From Bilabrum cf. latius (Eukaryota), in assembly GCA_965178125.1 (NCBI GenBank), contig OZ237759.1, forward strand, positions 682,001 to 746,000: a stretch of DNA of 64,000 nt. The letters run 5' to 3'. This document shows, piece by piece, positions 14,001 to 27,400 of the stretch. Made by a program: the position numbers and the translations under genes. Each line of letters starts with the position of its first letter. The stretch's first letter is position 1. Below the pieces are notes generated by a model. The model saw only the letters and a list, made by a program, of their open reading frames with translations. It did no database searches and was not told the DNA's origin.

Positions 14001-17000
14001 CCTGTCATGTTTCTGCTGTAGTACTTGCTCGTGCAGTATAGATCCAGCAGTTTCGTGCTGGTTGAGCTGCGGGCCCTGTCAGGCACATCCAGGGAGATAC
14101 AGGCTTTGCATGCCAAGGCATACCGGCGAATGCGACGGGCCGCCGCCCTTCTCATGCCGATGGCTGCCCTCCTTCGAGTCACTGGTTGGAAGGGTCGGCT
14201 GGACCGGCTTGCCGTCGGTGCGGGGATCCGTCGCGCAAGCCACCAGCTCCTACGAGGCAGCACCAAGGACACCAATGAGCTGAGAGACGCCATCGGCATA
14301 GCCAGGGAGCTGGGTGGCCATGACTCGGGCGCCTCCTCCTCGGGATCGAGATTCGATTCCGAGTCCAGATCAGGGCCACCTCGAGCGATGATGCGGATGG
14401 CCTCAGCCAGCGACTCCACCGCGGGGCATTACGCGGACCTCTCTAGCTTCCGTCTGAACGACCCGGTAGTCCTAGGCAGGTTGGTTGTCGTGTCGATTCA
14501 CCTAAGTGGTCTGAGCAGGGTATCCTCCCTTGTTGGTCCCCTCGCCTCTTTGGCCATCCAGAGGCGGATCGGCGCGGCGGCTGACGCAGTGTGCCAGCGG
14601 TACCGATGCCTGCGGCTGACTTCCTCCAGCAACGGCCTTCAGCTGGGATGGGTTGTGGCTGATTTTGTGGAGGGGATCGGCATGCATGGGCTTGGAGGTC
14701 CACGTGGCGATCATGATGACGCGGACCACGACTCGTCTCTCGGCTTTCGTCCAAACGCATCCTCATAGCGCGATGTAGAAGTGAATTTTGATCGACGCAA
14801 TCCTGTCTCTAGTGCGACTGTCGCAGTCCAGGCTGGGCACCATCGCTCTCGGCATGCTGTGCGGGCACTGGATCCCGAGCACGACATTGCCGCCGCGCTT
14901 GCCCTAAAGCACGCTATTGCAGGTGCTGCTGATCTGCTGTCTCGAGCCAACGGCCTCATGGTGCGCCTGCAGACGGGCATCCTTCCCAGGGTGGGACTCG
15001 CAATGGGGCCCCTCAGTGTGACGATCGTAGGAGAAAAGCCAATGACACTGCAGTATGCTGACAGTGCCTTGGAACGGGAAGACAGGCCGCTTGCGACAAG
15101 CAATGCGCTGGCGCAGCACCGTAATTTGGTGGATTCGGTAGATATAGTTGCCAGCTCACCGTTGCATCCCGTTGCTATTCTTCCAGGCAACGGTATCATA
15201 CGCATGTCCCGCAACTGCCACGAGTTTCTGCAAAGTAGGTCCTCGTCCTCGTCAGATCAACCGGACGTTGATCCGCGCTAGTACGGTGGTACCGGGTCAA
15301 ATGAAGCAAGGAGCGGTGCCCATTTACCGAGTTCGTACAGCAGCGATGCTGTGCTGCCTGCCGTGCCAGAGCATGCTCCACCGAGATCCCAGTTGTACCA
15401 CATTGTGGGAGTGTACAGCGCGTCGTCTAGGATGGAGCAGCACCTGCCGTCCAGCAGCGATTCCGTGGATAAAAAAATGATATCCCGGGCGGAGAGCAGG
15501 TTCAGCAGCACAAACAGCATGGGATCTACGCCGCAGCTGCTGACCGGCAACACTGGAGGCGGCATATCAGACGGGGCTGCGCCACGTGCTATTCCAAGTA
15601 GAAAACGGGTGATGGTAGCGACAGGCTCGCACCAATCTCGAGGGTCCAGCAGAGGAAGGGGTGCGGCGGCACCACGCAGTGGCGGCAGTCCCTAGTCACG
15701 TGGATCTAGGCGGCAGCAGCGTTTCTTGGCGCAGGAGTTTCAGTCCGGCGGTGCCTCCACAGGCCAGATGACCAGCATTGGGTCGGCTCGTGTGATGTCG
15801 TCGATGGGAACCGGTGCAATTGAGGCGGCTACTGGAGCTCATATAACTCGCGCATCCTCGCGGCAGCTTGTGCCAAATAGCGCGCAACGGTATCAGACCG
15901 GCCCGGACATCGGCACCATGCAGTTGCTGAGACCTCCACCGGCCCGGTGCTCCTCTATGGCGCAGTATAAGCTGCTCCGGGTCCTTGGCTCAGGCGGATT
16001 TGCAAGGGTTTATGTGGCTGAGTCGCTATTAAATGGCAAAACCGTCGCCGTAAAGGTCACTACAAAGCGAAAAGGGGACGTCTCGAGGAGGAAAAAGCAG
16101 GACACGAGTGGCGGAGGTGTGGCAAATGACCTGGGGATCGATGACTTGGTGGATGGCGCCGCGCAATTGGGTTCCGGAACCGACGTGCCCACCGGCGTTG
16201 GGACTCTCCACACGAGCGTGTGCCGCGATGAAATCATCGCACTGCAGCGCTGCAAGCTTGCCGGCGTCCCGGGCGTATGCGATCTTCATGGGGTTACTGT
16301 GGATCGCAGCAGCGTGGGACTGATCATGGAGCACATCCCTGGTGTGTCGCTGCGTGACGTGGCTCGTACTAATGACAAGCGGCACAGGATGTCAGAGGAG
16401 TCCGTGAGGGTGGTCGCGAGGCAGCTCGTCAGCACCCTGACGAAGATGCACGCCGCAGGGGTGCTGCACAGGGATATCAAACCGACGAACTGCATGGTGC
16501 AAAGCAGAACTGGCGCTGCGCGATTGATTGATTTCGGGCTTGCCACGGACGCAGGCAAAGACCCGAGTGTGCAACATGGTCGTGGTAAGCTTGATAGCGA
16601 CACGACGGCTCGAAATAAACGAACTGGTGGTGACACGCAGCCTCCAGCGACTGCTTCTGCAGAGTTGGCTGCTTCTGCTGCTGCCGGTGAACCTGATGAA
16701 GTTGCGGCCGGCAGATCTAGGAAGGGTCGCAGCGGGCCGGCCACAGCCAAGGCGAAACAGGCCTCTAACGCCAGAACCTTCAGTGGACAGTCCAATGGTG
16801 CCGGGGCTGGTGCTGGCGCCTGCAAGAGTTAGCAGCAACAACAGCAGCAGCTCTAGCAGCAGCGCGATATCTCGCGTGGTAAGCCTGATACAAATCAGGA
16901 AGACAGTGCAGTCGTGTGGCGCAGAGAGGTGCTCGATACCCATGACGAATTGCTTCTCACGCTGCCTGCCCTAGTACCGAGGGTTTCAAGAGCGTGGGGC

Positions 17001-20000
17001 CACGAACAGCGCGCGCCCGGGGCAGAGACTCGCTCCAAGGAACGACGCATCCAACAAAATGCAGCCGCCAGTCGTGGCGGTGCGGATGCAATGACAGCAG
17101 TAGGCGTGCCTACACCAATGATGAGCGTGGTTGGATCCCGCAAGCATTCAAGTGGTAGCAAAGGGCACTCGGGTTTCATGGCCGCAAACAGCTGGGAGGA
17201 GGTGAATGCCGGGCCCATACAAGCTTCAGCTGACGCGTCTCACAGGGATATGCCAGTCGCAGGCCAACGTGAGCGGTCAGACAATGCCAGTGGAGCAGCC
17301 AGTGGGGCGGCAAGCATGGGCGCGTCGGCTACTTCTTCCTGCGCATCGGCCGGCCAGTCCAGCAAGGTGATGATTGCGTAGGACAAGAGTGGCTCTGTGG
17401 ACCACTCGAGACAGTCGTAGCTGTCGCCCACTGAAAGCGACAGTCAGCGGTCCGCTTGGGCCATGGAGCTGCGCGCTGCGGTCAATCGCGCCGCGACCGC
17501 TGCGGCTGGGGCAGACGACGGCAGCTCCTATTCAGATCGAGCTCGCTTTAGCAGCATTGACGCACCACTGGCCGATGCATCGCGGTTTGGAGATGCGACC
17601 GGTGCAGATGTGGCCGTAGACGAGCCAGAGCTGCAAGTGCATCGTATTGCGGTGCTTATCGTGGCTTGCGAGTCCGAGCGTGCTGCGGGCAGGCGACCTC
17701 AGAAAGCTGCCGGCTTTGGTGCGGCAAAAAAGGTCGTGAAGCCCATGGAAGAGTTGAAACCTGCTGTGCAAAACGCGAAGAACGCCCAGCTGGGCGGCCG
17801 GATCACGCCACTACAGCAGATTTGCAGGGAGACTGCCAGCGGTGCTGCTGATACTCAGATTTAGCCGGGCGGCGTGTAGATGACTGGTACAGCTGCATCG
17901 GGAAAGCAGGCACAGGAGCATGGTAGCAAACCAAGCACAGCAAAAGAGTCAAGAGAGGTACCAAGTGGCATCGACAAGAGCAGCACTGCCGCGAAAGGCT
18001 AGAACGCACCAAGTGCACCAGTTGGGCGTCGAATTTTACCAGCAATCGTCGAGCAGTCGCGAGACAGCGACGTAGCGACCAATGCGACAGAGCCAACTGA
18101 TATTCGTGGCGGCCAGGTGCCTGCAGCAATCAACGCTGCGAAGCCTAAAGATCCAACGCCCGCCGAAGAAAACCAGGCTGTCGAATCCGGCCCGTCGGAC
18201 GTCGACTTTGCCCACCTTCTCGCAAAAGGGCTCCGCGAGGCATCAGCAGGTCAGATCTAGCCGACTATCGTACGGAAAGTCAAAACCTTGAAGCAGCTCA
18301 TGCACAGAGACCCTCTTCTGTTCGACGCCGTGCTTTGCGCTGGGACATTCTTCGAGGATGAGAAAGAGAAGCTGTCATTGGCTTGGGAGCAGGCGTCATC
18401 GGAAGAAGGCAGCAGTCCAGATGACCAAGGAGCCGGAAGTGCTGCGAAACAGCACGAGACCGCGTCGCTGCGCACGGTCAAGGGAGCCGACGGGGCCGCA
18501 GCCGGAGCCAGCAGCCAGACCCAGCAACCCGTGTCAGTTGGGAGCATGGAACAGCCCGCTGATGCATCTGGTCGCCCCTCCGGTGCCGCCAGCATCAGCA
18601 AGAGCACCCGTCACACCTATGCCATCCAGGGCGAGGATAGCAAGATCGAGTCTGAGTCAGAAGAGGCAAATGAGGGCGATTCGTCTGCCGCTGCTGGCGC
18701 CTCGTCTGGTGCTGGCTACAGCACTCACGGGAATAGTACGGACCAGTACCCGAAGAATTCCATCGAATCATCTGTGGTGCGTCTGTCACGCAGGCCAGCA
18801 AAGCAGCTGGCGCGGCGAGCAGCTGCCGTCGAGAGCCGGTATGTCCTGCGATCCACCCGTGGATTCGGAACTACGGGTGCGGCCGGTCAGATGCACCGGC
18901 AGCGGTCTTTCTCCATCAGCACGTCGATCAGCCAGGGGACCTTTGCCAATTCGGAGTCGCAATTCACTCAGCCCCTCAGCCGCGCCGTCAGGGTGTACGC
19001 GCTGCAACCAGGCCCCAGCTCCAGCTCCAGCCACATGATCTCAAGCGCAAGGAGCAAGTCGAGCTCGATCCGAAATATTGGGGCGCACGACGCGCCGCCT
19101 GCTGACCTGCCGCCGCACAGGCTCGCAGCAATCGCTGGTTCACGGGCCGCGCAACCTGTTCCCTGGGACCTGCTTGTTCCGGTTGTGTTCTCGTCCTCCC
19201 GCGTGCGGGGAATGCTGTAGAGGCATGGAAGTGGTGACTTGACCTCAGCCTCACCCTTGACACGAATGGGCAGCAAATCTGACGGACTCCTGTCTACGAA
19301 ACGCGGCTCTGGTCGCTCATCGCCGCTCTTGGGCGGTCGTTACAAAGGCGGAGCTGCTCTCGAGAGTGGCGGCGAAGATGTGGCTGGGGTAATTTCTGCG
19401 AGTCTGGGCTCCGCTCGCGCCGGAGCTGCTGAGACAGACAAAGCACAAGAGACAGACGCGAATTCCAGAGTCAAATCGCCCGAGTCGGACTGGTACGCTC
19501 GTCACACTGAGGGGATCCGCAGGCTTGCTGCACGCTTGCTCGAAGAAGGCTCGGCGAGAGCTGAGCTCTACCAGGAGCAGGCTGCCATCGCGAGCGGATG
19601 CAAGGCACCAAAGCTCGATCTGCGCGAGATCCCACGGCGCGGTAGCACGGTCAAGAGAGCATCTCGCCGGGCCATGCAGCAGCAAGGGGCAAGGCAGCGA
19701 GCTCGCTCGGCAGCAGTGCGCCCAACGGGCAAGCCGTGGATGCGGATCGAATCGTCATCGAGCGCTGCCTCCAAGGCGACTGCAGGCGCCGTGTCTCTCT
19801 CGTTGGAAACCGCTGGACACGGCGAAGAACACGCGAATGCAGGTGGCATGACCATGGGTGAGGCAAGGAATCACCGGTCCTATGCCAGTGGGGAGGCCGG
19901 TGGCAGTGGCAGCAGGCCGGAGGTCGGCTCCAGGGAGCACCACGATGCGCGCGCCCAGCGAAACCAGGGGTCCCGCTTGCGCAATACGGGGACTAGACTC

Positions 20001-22775
20001 CAGAGCATGCACGCTCGCCCTACAGGCGGAGTGCAGGTGCTTCCGGGTCTAAGTGAGCACTCTATTCATTCCGTGCAGAGGGGAAGATGCCTGAGTGAGG
20101 ACAAAGGCGTCGATGATTCGGTCGTTGCCCTGGCTGCCGCGGAGGGCGACGAGGAGGAGGCTGAAGCTTCAAACCGACAGATCCCAGCCGTATATTACGC
20201 GCCAAGGAATGGAATGCAAGCACGCTCCAGCACGGGGTCGAGCCAGCAGCGTGCTGCCGCTGCATTGCATGGTGGTGGCCACGGCTCGCTGGCGCCACAA
20301 GGCAGTGGGCTGGGCCGGTAGGAGTCGCAGTCCTCGGTGCAATCTCGCTCGTCACACCAGTCTCGCAACCAGGTGGTGCCAGCGGATGCCGCGCACTAGC
20401 CCATGATGGCTGGCCGGCTCGCTCGGCGCGCATAGACGGTCGCTGGAACGAGGGTTAGAGCCGAACGAGCTGGTGATCAGACGGACCCCGATCAATAGCC
20501 CGGGAGGGAAGACTCTCGAACTCGAATGAAGGAGAGGAAGTTGGAAGGCCTGCTTAAGCGCGGCGCAGATCCAGCCGTTGACGTGCCGTCCAAGCAGTAT
20601 GGGTTGGGCCTGGATTTGGGGATGCGGCCAGGCATTGAAGGGTCTACTACCCGGGGCAGTATGCTTGACGGGGCTACTCTGCAGCCGGGCCAGGCGCCCG
20701 GAAGCTTCTATGGGTCAACCGACTCTATGTTCGGGTTTGGGGGCGTTGTTGATAGAAATCATGGGGTCGGTATCGGGGCGCGCGCGCCCGAAGAGCCTCC
20801 TCTTGCTATGGTGTACCGCGAGAACCAGCCGTTCGTTGCAGGCGTCGTGGGAACTCCCATGTTCATGGCCCCAGAGCTATTCGAGCACCAGGGGCAGAGG
20901 GCCAGCGACTACTGGTCGTTGGGAGTGACGCTGTTCTGGCTGCTGGCTGGCAACCTGCCGTTCCTAGGGGCGAGCAGGGAGATTACGAAGAAGTCAGCCA
21001 GGCAAGGCCACGTGAGCTGGCGGCTGCTCCCGTCTGACCTAAGCCCTGAGTGCATCGACTTCCTCCGGGGACTGCTGGAGCCGCGTGCCAAGCACAGGTA
21101 TGATGCCGCCGTGCTTGCGGTGCATCCGTGGCTCATGCCTCAATCTCAGGCGGTCAAAGAACGACTCCGGACTAGAATGGGCTCGTCTAGATCTAGCAAG
21201 CTCGACCTATTGCCTACAGAGAGGCGGGGCCTGCTGGGAACCTAGGCCGGTACATCAGCCGATGCTGCGGGCGCTCAGCACAGCTCCCATTGGGCCCAAT
21301 AGAAGAGTCTTGCGGATGACGGCCACCCTGACGAGCTTCCATCCATCGATGCAATCATCGAGAGATGGGAGATCGATGATCCCTACGAGGACCCGGCAGG
21401 CCGCGGTGACCTCACCGGAACGGGTTGGGCCCATGGGCCAGAGAACACAAGTTCTACCACTGAGCAACACGTGGGCCTAATTAAGGAAGCGTCTGGGGCA
21501 AGCCGCACTGGTACAGCTGCGCCTGGAGGGGCAGCACCAGCAGTTCCTGTAGCTGGATCTGACGGCTCCGACTCGCTCGGTGTTGTTGCTAGGCGGCGGC
21601 AGCACACCGCTAGCATGCTGCGGCCCGCGCGCGTAGCACGAGTTTCCCCACTGGCTAAACCTGGCAGGCACAGGATCCCGTGGGACACGCCGGCCTCAAA
21701 CGCGCCTGGCCACCAGTGGATTGGTGGGCAGGCACCCCAGGCTCTGCCCCTGCCCAAGCGCCGCGGCAGTAGCAGAGATAGGGGCAGGGACAGATATACC
21801 GCCGAAGACCGAGCTTCTCGCACCAGGCAGTTGCAATCGCGTGCGGAGGCGCAGGCTATCGTGCACGTGTATGGGGCAAGGATCTAGTGCTTTCCGTCTG
21901 CGGTCGTATTGCGGTCCACCGGCGGGCAGGCCGCCATTGCCAAGAAATTCAGCGCGTATGCCGCTCACAAGGCGGCATTGCGAGACCTGCGAGAGATAGG
22001 CATGCCCATGAGCACCGCTGAGATCGTGCTGCTGCGAAAGAACAGGGAGGTGGCAAAAGCGGCGCAGGCCGCAGCGGCGGGTCACGAAGCGTCATCGATG
22101 TCGAGCGATCAGGGCGGGCTGATCGGGATCCACAGCATCCATCGGGACTCTTCCACGGGCCCTGACGCAGCAGATGGTGGGATAGATCGTGCCAGCGCCG
22201 CACAGCCCGCGCGTACCGGGAGAAGAGACCAGGCATCGCTCCGGCGGGCCATCCCAAGCCACAGCACGCCGTCAGAGCCGTCTGGCGGCTCACATGGGCC
22301 TGCTAGAAAGAACAAGGGTGCATCGGGGAACAGGAGCAGCAGCAGCAGGAGCTCAAGCTCCTCGAGCCACCGGCACCGGGCTCGCGCACCTGGAATCAAC
22401 GCGAGGAACAGACCCGGAATCGATATTCCCACGCGGGGGCGCGGCGAGGTGCCTCCTGTCCAAGCATCGACACAGCCGGCCACGGAAACGGAAACGGAAG
22501 CGGGTGCGTTTGCCGGCTAGCAACCTGGCGTGGCCAGATAGATTGAGAGTGCAGCTGCGCCAGGTGACGACGATGGCGGGTTACGGGCTGCGAGTGAGTC
22601 CAGCGGTTCCACCCTGCGCGTCCCAGCTCCCTTTGGGCTGGGCGGCGGAGGGCCCCAAGGTGGGGACAATGATTCCCCGGGGAACTGGGGGTCGGGGAGG
22701 GCAGATGACGACAACATGGACAGCTCCGACGGAATGGTCGATTCTCGCAATGCAGGCACGCCCATTCCGCGGTGA
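8088..22775 (+). CDS. Giant (~4,900 aa) multi-pass membrane protein with degenerate nucleotide-cyclase-like region(s) and a C-terminal Ser/Thr kinase domain split by a long insert
   Basis: More than 20 track ORFs from 8643 to 22520 lie in one frame. I translated the gaps and found only TAG (about 40), never TAA or TGA, until TGA 22773-22775; an in-frame TAA at 8079 precedes the ATG. Kinase motifs: LGSGGFARVY, VAVK, HRDIKPTN, DFG (16530), GTPMFMAPE (20850), DYWSLGV, HPWL. Possible frame-preserving introns near 8184/8208-8255 and 8464-8556. Confidence 0.85.
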
Positions 22776-22948
22776 GGCTTGAAGGTCAAGGGATCGGACG
22801 TACTGGGGCGTGTCCAGGAGGAATGGCACAGTGGCAGTGCCAGTGCTAATCCATGCAGGTGCATCGATTGATTTGAAGATTTGTAGAACAAACAGACTTT
22901 GTCCAATTCATCTTTTTTTTTGCCGAGCCACAAGCATGCCACACCTGG

Positions 22949-22996
22949 TCCGAACCGAACCGATCCGATCCGATCCGATCCGATCCGATCCGATCC
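22949..22996. repeat. Pentanucleotide microsatellite (CCGAA)2(CCGAT)n between convergent 3' ends
   Basis: Directly visible: ccgaaccgaaccgatccgatccgatccgatccgatccgatccgatcc. Confidence 0.9.
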
Positions 22997-23075
22997 CCGG
23001 TGTTGTTCAAGATGCGAAGCGGCTGCTAGGCAGTGCCAACCCACAGGCATCCCACATACCACTCGTCACACCCGC

Positions 23076-24256
23076 TCACTTGCCCAGCGCCACGGCCCTC
23101 TCCTCCAGCAGCTCCTTCTCGGACACCTTGAGCCTTTCCTGCACGGGGGCTGGGCTCACGTCCATGTCCGGCACGATGGTCCACTTGCCGCCCTCCTCGC
23201 ACACCACGGGAAACGAGTAGAAGATACCCTCGGCGATGCCGTAGGGGTTGCCCTCGCTCGCCACCGCCATGCTGACGGCCTTGCCCCCGCTCCCGCACAT
23301 CCAATCCCTGACGTGGTCGCAGATCGCCGCGGCGGCCGACGCGGCAGAGGACGCGCCCCTGGCCTCGATCACCGCCTTACCGCGCTTCTGGACCGTCTCC
23401 ACGAGCTCGCCCGCCATCCACTCGTCACACCCCTCGCCGAGCTTGGTGCGGGCAGATTCCCACGAGACGGCGCCGCCCTCTGGTGCCTTGGTGGCGACGG
23501 TCATGAAGCGAGCATCGGGGAACTGCGTGGCGGAGTGGTTTCCCCACACGATCGCGCCCTGGACGTCCCATGGCTTGCAGGCGGCGCGCTTGGCGACTTG
23601 ACCGATGAGCCTGTTGTGGTCGAGACGGGTGAGCGCGGTGAAGTTCTCGCGCGGGATGCTTGGCGCGTTCTCGGCGGCAAGCAAGCAGTTGGTGTTCGCG
23701 GGATTCCCGACAACGAGGATCTTGCAGTCCTTGGAGGCGTGCTTCTCGAGTGCCTCGCCCTGTCCCTTGAAAATCCCGGCATTCTTCTCCAGGAGATCCT
23801 TGCGCTCCATGCCCTTGCCGCGGGGCATGGCACCCACCAGGAGAGCGATATCAACTCCATCAAATGCTTCGGCGTAGTCAGTAGTGGCAACGACCCCAGC
23901 GACGACGGGGCTGGCGATGTCTTCGAGTTCCATCGCCACGGCATCAAGGCGGGACTTTGCAGGCGGGATATCGAGCAGATGAAGAACCACCTTCTGGTCT
24001 TTGCCGAGCATTTCGCCGCGAGCAATCATGAAAATCAGACTGCGCGGTCGAGTTAGCATGAGCAGGTCGTCTTTGGAGCAGAATTGATGGAGATGCACAG
24101 GTGCAACTCATCGTCGAAACCGCATCAGCTGCACATCGATTCAAGTTAGCGAGCTCACCTGTAAGCGATCTGACCCGCAGCTCCAGTCACAAGAATTCTC
24201 TTGGCATCTCCTGAAGAACTCAAACTAGATCCAGCTGAACCTGCTACCGCGGCCAT
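23076..24256 (-). CDS. MDH1: Cytosolic-type NAD-dependent malate dehydrogenase, ~353 aa; exons 24256-24159 and 24039-23076
   Basis: [76 protein letters not shown]. The 119-nt GTGAG...CTAAC...GCAG intron falls in the Ser codon. TGA stop. Confidence 0.96.
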
Positions 24257-24491
24257 CTTGTTGGGCTTCGAATGATCCGTCATTCGCGGCGAATAGAATT
24301 CCTAATTATTGGATTAATGCTACGTTACAATGAACATCCGGAGCTGAAAACATCTCTTGCAAGGACTCGATATGCGAGCATTTCAAGGCTTGCCGAGGTC
24401 ATACATCCAGTAGTTATCCTTTTGGCACCTTGTAATAGTTGTTGTCTAGGCCAAACGTTAACTTTGCATAGATTTCTGCTGTATTGCATCC

Positions 24492-27400
24492 ATGACGACG
24501 GTACAGATCCACGTTGCGGCTCTCGTTGCGCTATCTTTGCTATGTTTCGAAGTCCAAGTCAGTGGGGCCTCGTGAGAAGAATAATTAATAGTTATTGTCC
24601 ACCGATCCTGATTATGACCACTTATGGCGGGTTTTATTGAATCGTACACGGAGACTTGATAGTTGCCGTTCACCATGCATTGCATGTGTTGTCCGGTTGA
24701 ACCTCCGATTCGCAGGTTAGGAGGGTCTTGGTTTGGGTCAGGTACACATAATAAAATCCGGGACGAAGGGGGCGATAGCGCCGACCCTCCCCGCTCACCT
24801 GCATCAACCAAAGCGAGCGCATCGACTGGGACCGAATACTCTCTCGCGTTCGTGCTGGAGCGATCCCGCCCAGTGGCCGCCGCGGGTGCGCGAACCTTGT
24901 ACCGCTCACAGGCAATCGCAAGGCAGGAACACCTCGACCGGCGCGAGAAACTCGCCGCAAGAGAGCGAGCAAGGCAGCAGGACATGGACATGAGGAGGAA
25001 GACAGCCCCGCCCCCGTCAGGCGCTGCCCTGGATCCCAATTCCTGGCTCCCGGAGTCCGTTCCACAGGGACTCGGAATCGATGCATTAGGAAACGATCCG
25101 TCCGGAGGCGGCGCGTCTAGGTCCGATGCTGCCGCCCAGCAGCAGCAGCATCAGCAGCCGCAGCCGCTGCTGGACGAGGACGGACGGCCGCTGCCCTCGC
25201 TGCCCCCCGTGCCCAATCCACCGGTGGACGCACCACCCCTCCGGGAGGACCCAGCTGGCGGCGCCGCACAAGATGTTCCGCAATCGGGGTCTGCACGGCT
25301 CCCGCCCGGTTCCGTTGTTCCACAGCACCACGGGCCCTTCGCAGAGGAGGCCGCAGCCATCGACCGGATCGGCGGGGACGCCGGCGCCGCGCGCGCCTGG
25401 CCGCTGTTGCGGAACCTTCGCAGCGCCATGAAGCAGGGTGAGCTAAGCGCGGGCGCGGCCACGGGCAGGGTGCAGCTGAGAGAAGGTTCCTCGCCGGGTT
25501 CGTCCGCAGTCGCCGTGGTCGGTCAGGCCCCCACACCGCCCAGGGGGGCCCGTGTGGACCCCCGAAAGCAGACGGTGCTGGAGGAGGTGCAGGATCCGCT
25601 GCTAGACTACGAAGTGGTTGCAACCTCTGGCGTATCAGTTCCGGTTTTAGAGGGCAACGTCACGCGTGCGTACAAGCAGGACGCTGCGGCGAAGAAACAG
25701 TGGAACGCGCTGCAAGAGGGCCTCAAGATCGGATCAGAGATCGGATCAGGGGACGGTTGCGGCGCGGACGCGGCTAGCTAGGGCGTGTGGGGCGGGGGGG
25801 CGGTCCCAATGTACGAGAGCAGCAGCAGCAGCATGACTCGCCTCCGTCCCCTAACCAGCGAGGATCACAAGCAGGACGATGACGAGGACGAGGACGAGGA
25901 AGAGGAGAGGCAGGATCTCGAGAGGCTGATGGCGATGGGGGCGGGCTCAGATAAGGATGAATCCACCGTCCCTGCATCCCGGAACTAGGCCTCCAATGCC
26001 GAGTCCGGCTCCTGGTCATCCTCGCAGTCATCGCGAAGCCTCCACAGTGGTCAGGGTCAGGTGTACAACGAGAGGGGGAGTCGATCGACAGCAAGCCGGC
26101 AGTCTGAAGCGCCCGGCGCACGAGCGGCGATTCAGCCGTCGATGTGCAGGGCCGGCCGTGTCGGGCGAAGGTTCGCTGACCTGGCAGCGAAACCGGGCTG
26201 GACGCTTCTGCCCTCGGAGAGGCGCATGGCAGCCGGCACGCTTCCCCGGCACTGGGACCCGGAATCGGATGTCGACGGGGTTCGTTCCCTGCGTGGGGTC
26301 AAGACCGACTCCAGGTTCGAGCGGGCGAGTCCCGAGAGTGTTCTCCGACTGTGGCACGCGGAACGTTCGCGAGCTTACGGGAGCGCCGTGGCATACGAGG
26401 CCGCAGTGAGGGCGGCTGCTGCAGCAGTGGACGCTGCGGGGGGCCAGGTGCCCGGCAGTGTGGTCGCAACTCTGCTGGGAGGTAATAGGGGAGAGGGTGG
26501 ACAAAGTGGCGAGTGCGGCGATGACCGTAGTGACGGGCCGTCCGGAACGACGCCGGTCCCAGGATCGATTCCCACAGGATACGCGTGGTTCGGCAGCTCC
26601 GGGACGACGACGGCGGCCGCCGGCAGCAGCACCTGTCCGGCCGTAGGATCGGATCAAACTGAAGCTAGACCGGATCAGCTATCGGCGGGCCCACCCCCGT
26701 TCTTCCTGCACGGCATGCATCGGCTTGAAACCGGAAAAGCGCCGGTGCTGGTGCTGGGGGCGGGGCAGGGGCACCTCGCGACCAGGGCTGCGGAGAAACT
26801 CAACGGATCTCTTGTTGTCTCGGTCGCATGGCCGGTGCCAGGTGCGGCTAGCTCGGCCTTTGGTGTGACGAGCGAGGGGAGCGCAGCTGCAGGCGAAGCG
26901 GTTCCGCTCGCGGCGCCGGCTCCCGGCCAGAGCGGCGGCTCGCCCTCCTCCAGGCACACAGGCAGTGTGACGAGCGCAGGCCCTGCGGGCGTGACGAGTC
27001 CGGTGCAGCTGCACTCTCGGCTCCGCGCTTCGCTGGGCCTCGAGAACGCGGCGCTGTGCGAGGCGCCGCTGACGGAGCAGCTGCTCCAGACCGTGCTCGC
27101 TTCAATGGGGAGGGACCGGGATGACGTCATCGCGCGCGCCGCGCGGCTGCTGCCTGCGGAACCTACGATGCGCGGCGCCGATGGTGGGTCGTGTGGGTCG
27201 CAGCTGCAGGGAGCGGGCTCCCTGGGACTGGGGTGGGGTTCGAGATCGGATCAGGGGCCGTCCACCCCCGAGGTGGGGGCACCAAGGGATATCCCCCCGG
27301 GGTCCCTGTAGGCACTGGGGCACCGCGCCATCGCTCTGTCGAGGGGCTCCCCCGCCGTGGGGACACCCGCCAGGTGGGGCCTGCTGGTGCTGCAGGACCT

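Noticed and set aside
24040-24098. Track N-terminus [11 protein letters not shown]... for malate dehydrogenase
   Set aside because: It is intronic. The true exon 1 with the TGAAGQIAY nucleotide-binding motif lies at 24256-24159.
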